From Hypanus sabinus (taxonomy: Eukaryota): DNA of 64,000 bases. Where the stretch lies: assembly GCF_030144855.1 (NCBI RefSeq), contig NC_082727.1:41168001-41232000 (forward strand), read 5' to 3'. Position 1 is the stretch's first letter. Each line of letters starts with the position of its first letter. Both the position numbers and the translations under genes were made by a program. The notes beneath the pieces were generated by a model, which was not told where the DNA came from, made no database searches, and worked only from the letters and a program-made list of their open reading frames with translations. This document shows positions 62,525 through 64,000 of this stretch, one piece after another.

Positions 62525-64000
62525 ATATTAAAATGTTCTGCATTCTCATGTTTATAACTCTTTATCTAGCTACAATATTTCATGTACTGTATGTCCAAAT
62601 ATTTCCTCAGAATCTCATGGTGACTGTTTTAAAGTGGACGTCTGTACAGAATATATGCCACAGTATTATCTTTTTCAAGCTATTTGACTTGTATTCGAAT
62701 TATTGGAATCAGACCTTCTAGTGATTTTCCAGAAATTTCCAGTTGTGGTCAGCCCTTTAGAAATTTTACATTAAGAGTGCTGCACCAGTGGGTTGGCGAG
62801 GCACAGTGCAACTCTGAATCTTGATCCATGCAAGATGTCACCCAGTCTCCAGAATGATTTTGACAGTGAGTGAGACCCAGTCCCCAGGCTTATGAGCTGT
62901 CAATGCTGTGACTTTCACAAACATTCAAAGATCAGAATCAGGTTAAAATATTAAGGTACTTTAAAATTTAACATCACTTTGAGTTTTTTAAATAAAGATG
63001 AAGAACACAAACACTGTTGTACACTTGAAAACAATCGATAGAAATAAATCAAATGAAAAGATCAGCAATGTTTTCTGTGGCCAGTTGGTTTTTTCCATGG
63101 ATCTCAATGGACTTGCCATGCTTGTATCAGCTTTGGAGCTGGGGTATTTTCCACTGGTGCAGCTGACATCTGTGGCCATTATCTACCTGGAGAGTAAGGC
63201 TGGAACTTCAGTCAGCAATTGTGTGTCTTAACCTTCTGCCCAGTTAAGTGACTGAAGGTCAACAGATCTGAGCAGATTTCATAAACATGAGCCTGCATAA
63301 CTTGAATGTTAGGTTGAGTTTGCCCACAAATGATATCATTTGACTGATGTATAATTAGGTTCCTTCTTGGATAGTGGTGTTACCTTGGCTAATCTCTTGC
63401 ATCATTTTTCTAAGAATTGAAAATTGTAGCTATTAAGTCTAGTCTATCGTTTTCTTTGTCCATAACTTCTGTGCAACCTCAGACATGATGAGTTATCTTT
63501 TCCTTTGGTTAGGGAACTTCTCTCTTTGCAATATAATGGCATAATTTTCAGTAATTCAAGTGTGATTTGCTGATTCTGTCAATCACTTTCCTCTTCTTAT
63601 TCAAAATCATTAAAGGTTATCATGTCAGAGTCGAGTATGTAATTTCATGAAGCATGGTCAAGTTTTCCCCTCCGAACAACACACAATAGTACCTTCTGGA
63701 ATGGCCAGGGGGACATGGCCAAAGTTTAACTGAGCCCCCTTGCACAATAGATAAACGGACCAGTATCAATACCTTTAGTGGCTGTTTGTCTTTTAAACCG
63801 GTAAGGATCATGGAAACCTATCGTTGCTAGAGGAGCACCACCACCAGGGCCATGAATTATATTCTTGATAATTTCCTCGATGTAACCATACGTTTAGCAA
63901 AGTCCACTGACCTCAACTTTGCCGGACCATTTCTGGGTTTCACATGGGCTCTGAAGAGGGAGCCTGCGTCCTTTTTCCTTCCTCCCTCCGATTACGTGGC

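Overview
Eukaryotic genomic DNA, most likely a cartilaginous fish such as a ray, judged from the repeat families (inference). The window holds a head-to-head gene pair sharing a CpG-rich promoter near 14.6-15.5 kb. MARCHF5 lies on the minus strand; only coding exon 1 (14838-14887) is visible, and the sequence to its left appears to be its intron 1. CPEB3 lies on the plus strand with coding exons at 17401-18159, 42236-42395 and 49363-49422; I found no RRM/ZZ exons, so they probably lie beyond the window. The introns are dense with CR1, Rex1/Babar, RTE, Penelope-like, SINE, hAT, Tigger, Tc1 and Gypsy remnants. The most notable signals are: (1) a CPEB3 N-terminus-switching architecture, with a CPEB4-like 42-aa extension that an internal splice acceptor removes, a uORF-loaded long leader, and an intronic 20-codon alternative first exon that would give a prion-domain-less isoform; (2) retroelement-borne ribozyme motifs, namely a complete minimal hammerhead core in MARCHF5 intron 1 and a decayed HDV-like fold in the intron that carries the CPEB3 ribozyme in mammals; (3) a 321-bp, about 99% identical inverted duplication. 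Repeat boundaries lacking a stated TSD or TIR are approximate, and homology calls come from recalled sequences, not database searches.
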